A stretch of DNA of 64,000 nucleotides from Oculina patagonica. Lineage: Eukaryota. Made by a program: the position numbers and the translations under genes. Location: NCBI RefSeq assembly GCF_052425735.1, contig NC_135762.1:26350001-26414000 (forward strand), read 5' to 3'. This document shows positions 63,724 through 64,000 of the stretch, piece by piece. Each line of letters opens with the position of its first letter. The first letter of the stretch is position 1. The notes under the pieces are model-generated. The model did not search any database, had not been told where the DNA came from, and saw only the letters and a list, made by a program, of their open reading frames with translations.

Positions 63724-64000
63724 TGAAAATTTTTTTCAGGTCTTCAGTAGTGTAAGGCCGCATTTGCATTATCATATATATATTTCATTGCTACTGCTGG
63801 ACACACATTCATTTATTTCTATTTATACCATTTTAGACATTTTTAGCGCCGAACGTTCCAGCTTCGGCACGTTTAACTTTAAGCCTAACTGAGTTTGGAG
63901 GACCAGAAGAGGAAGAAATCACAATTACAAAAGTTTGAGCTTGATATCATCGGTGAAACAAGTTGTGATTGAATCTTTTTTCCGTTAACAGGAACATTTA

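Larger units (their letters stand above)
62808..63817. mobile_element. Concatemer of a 235-bp tRNA-mimic repeat: ~1.3 inverted units plus 3 direct units, 12-bp TSD
   Basis: TCTATTTATACC at 62796-62807 and 63818-63829; inversion junction at ~63117; tRNA-like cores at 62863-62935 (-), 63181-63253, 63416-63488 and 63651-63723 (+). Confidence 0.9.

Noticed and set aside
63117-63819. CRISPR array or ordinary tRNA gene cluster
   Set aside because: Units are identical end to end with no unique spacers and no cas genes; the TSD, inversion and odd identity elements point to a single mobile insertion.
62914-63892. Repeated 71-82 aa ORFs (MHWQRKGRG...)
   Set aside because: Incidental frames across the repeat with non-ATG starts in the direct copies and no recognisable domain.

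Overview
Eukaryotic, intron-rich animal DNA; the gene set and repeat landscape suggest a cnidarian, probably a stony coral (inference). From left to right: (1) the first 8 coding exons of PIBF1 (minus strand, continuing past the left edge); (2) a very young head-to-tail array of four ~6.1 kb units (9078-39516), each with an intact intronless TRIM-NHL E3 ligase gene (RING-Bbox-Bbox-coiled coil-filamin-NHL), with an intact BEL/Pao LTR retrotransposon in unit 1 only; (3) a complete 17-exon OGT gene (minus, 984 aa); (4) a 41-aa beta-thymosin gene head-to-head with OGT, absent from the ORF track; (5) a decayed Crypton-like element, at whose end a concatemer of a 235-bp tRNA-mimic repeat has inserted with an inverted segment and a 12-bp target-site duplication. 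Many MITEs and SINEs lie in introns. The main candidates for new biology are the tRNA-mimic concatemer, whose leader is complementary to its own tRNA core (the same pairing recurs in a diverged element at ~40.2 kb), and a candidate poison/decoy micro-exon in OGT intron 4, the position of the O-GlcNAc-regulated detained intron in mammals. All calls were made by eye; no database searches or folding programs were run.
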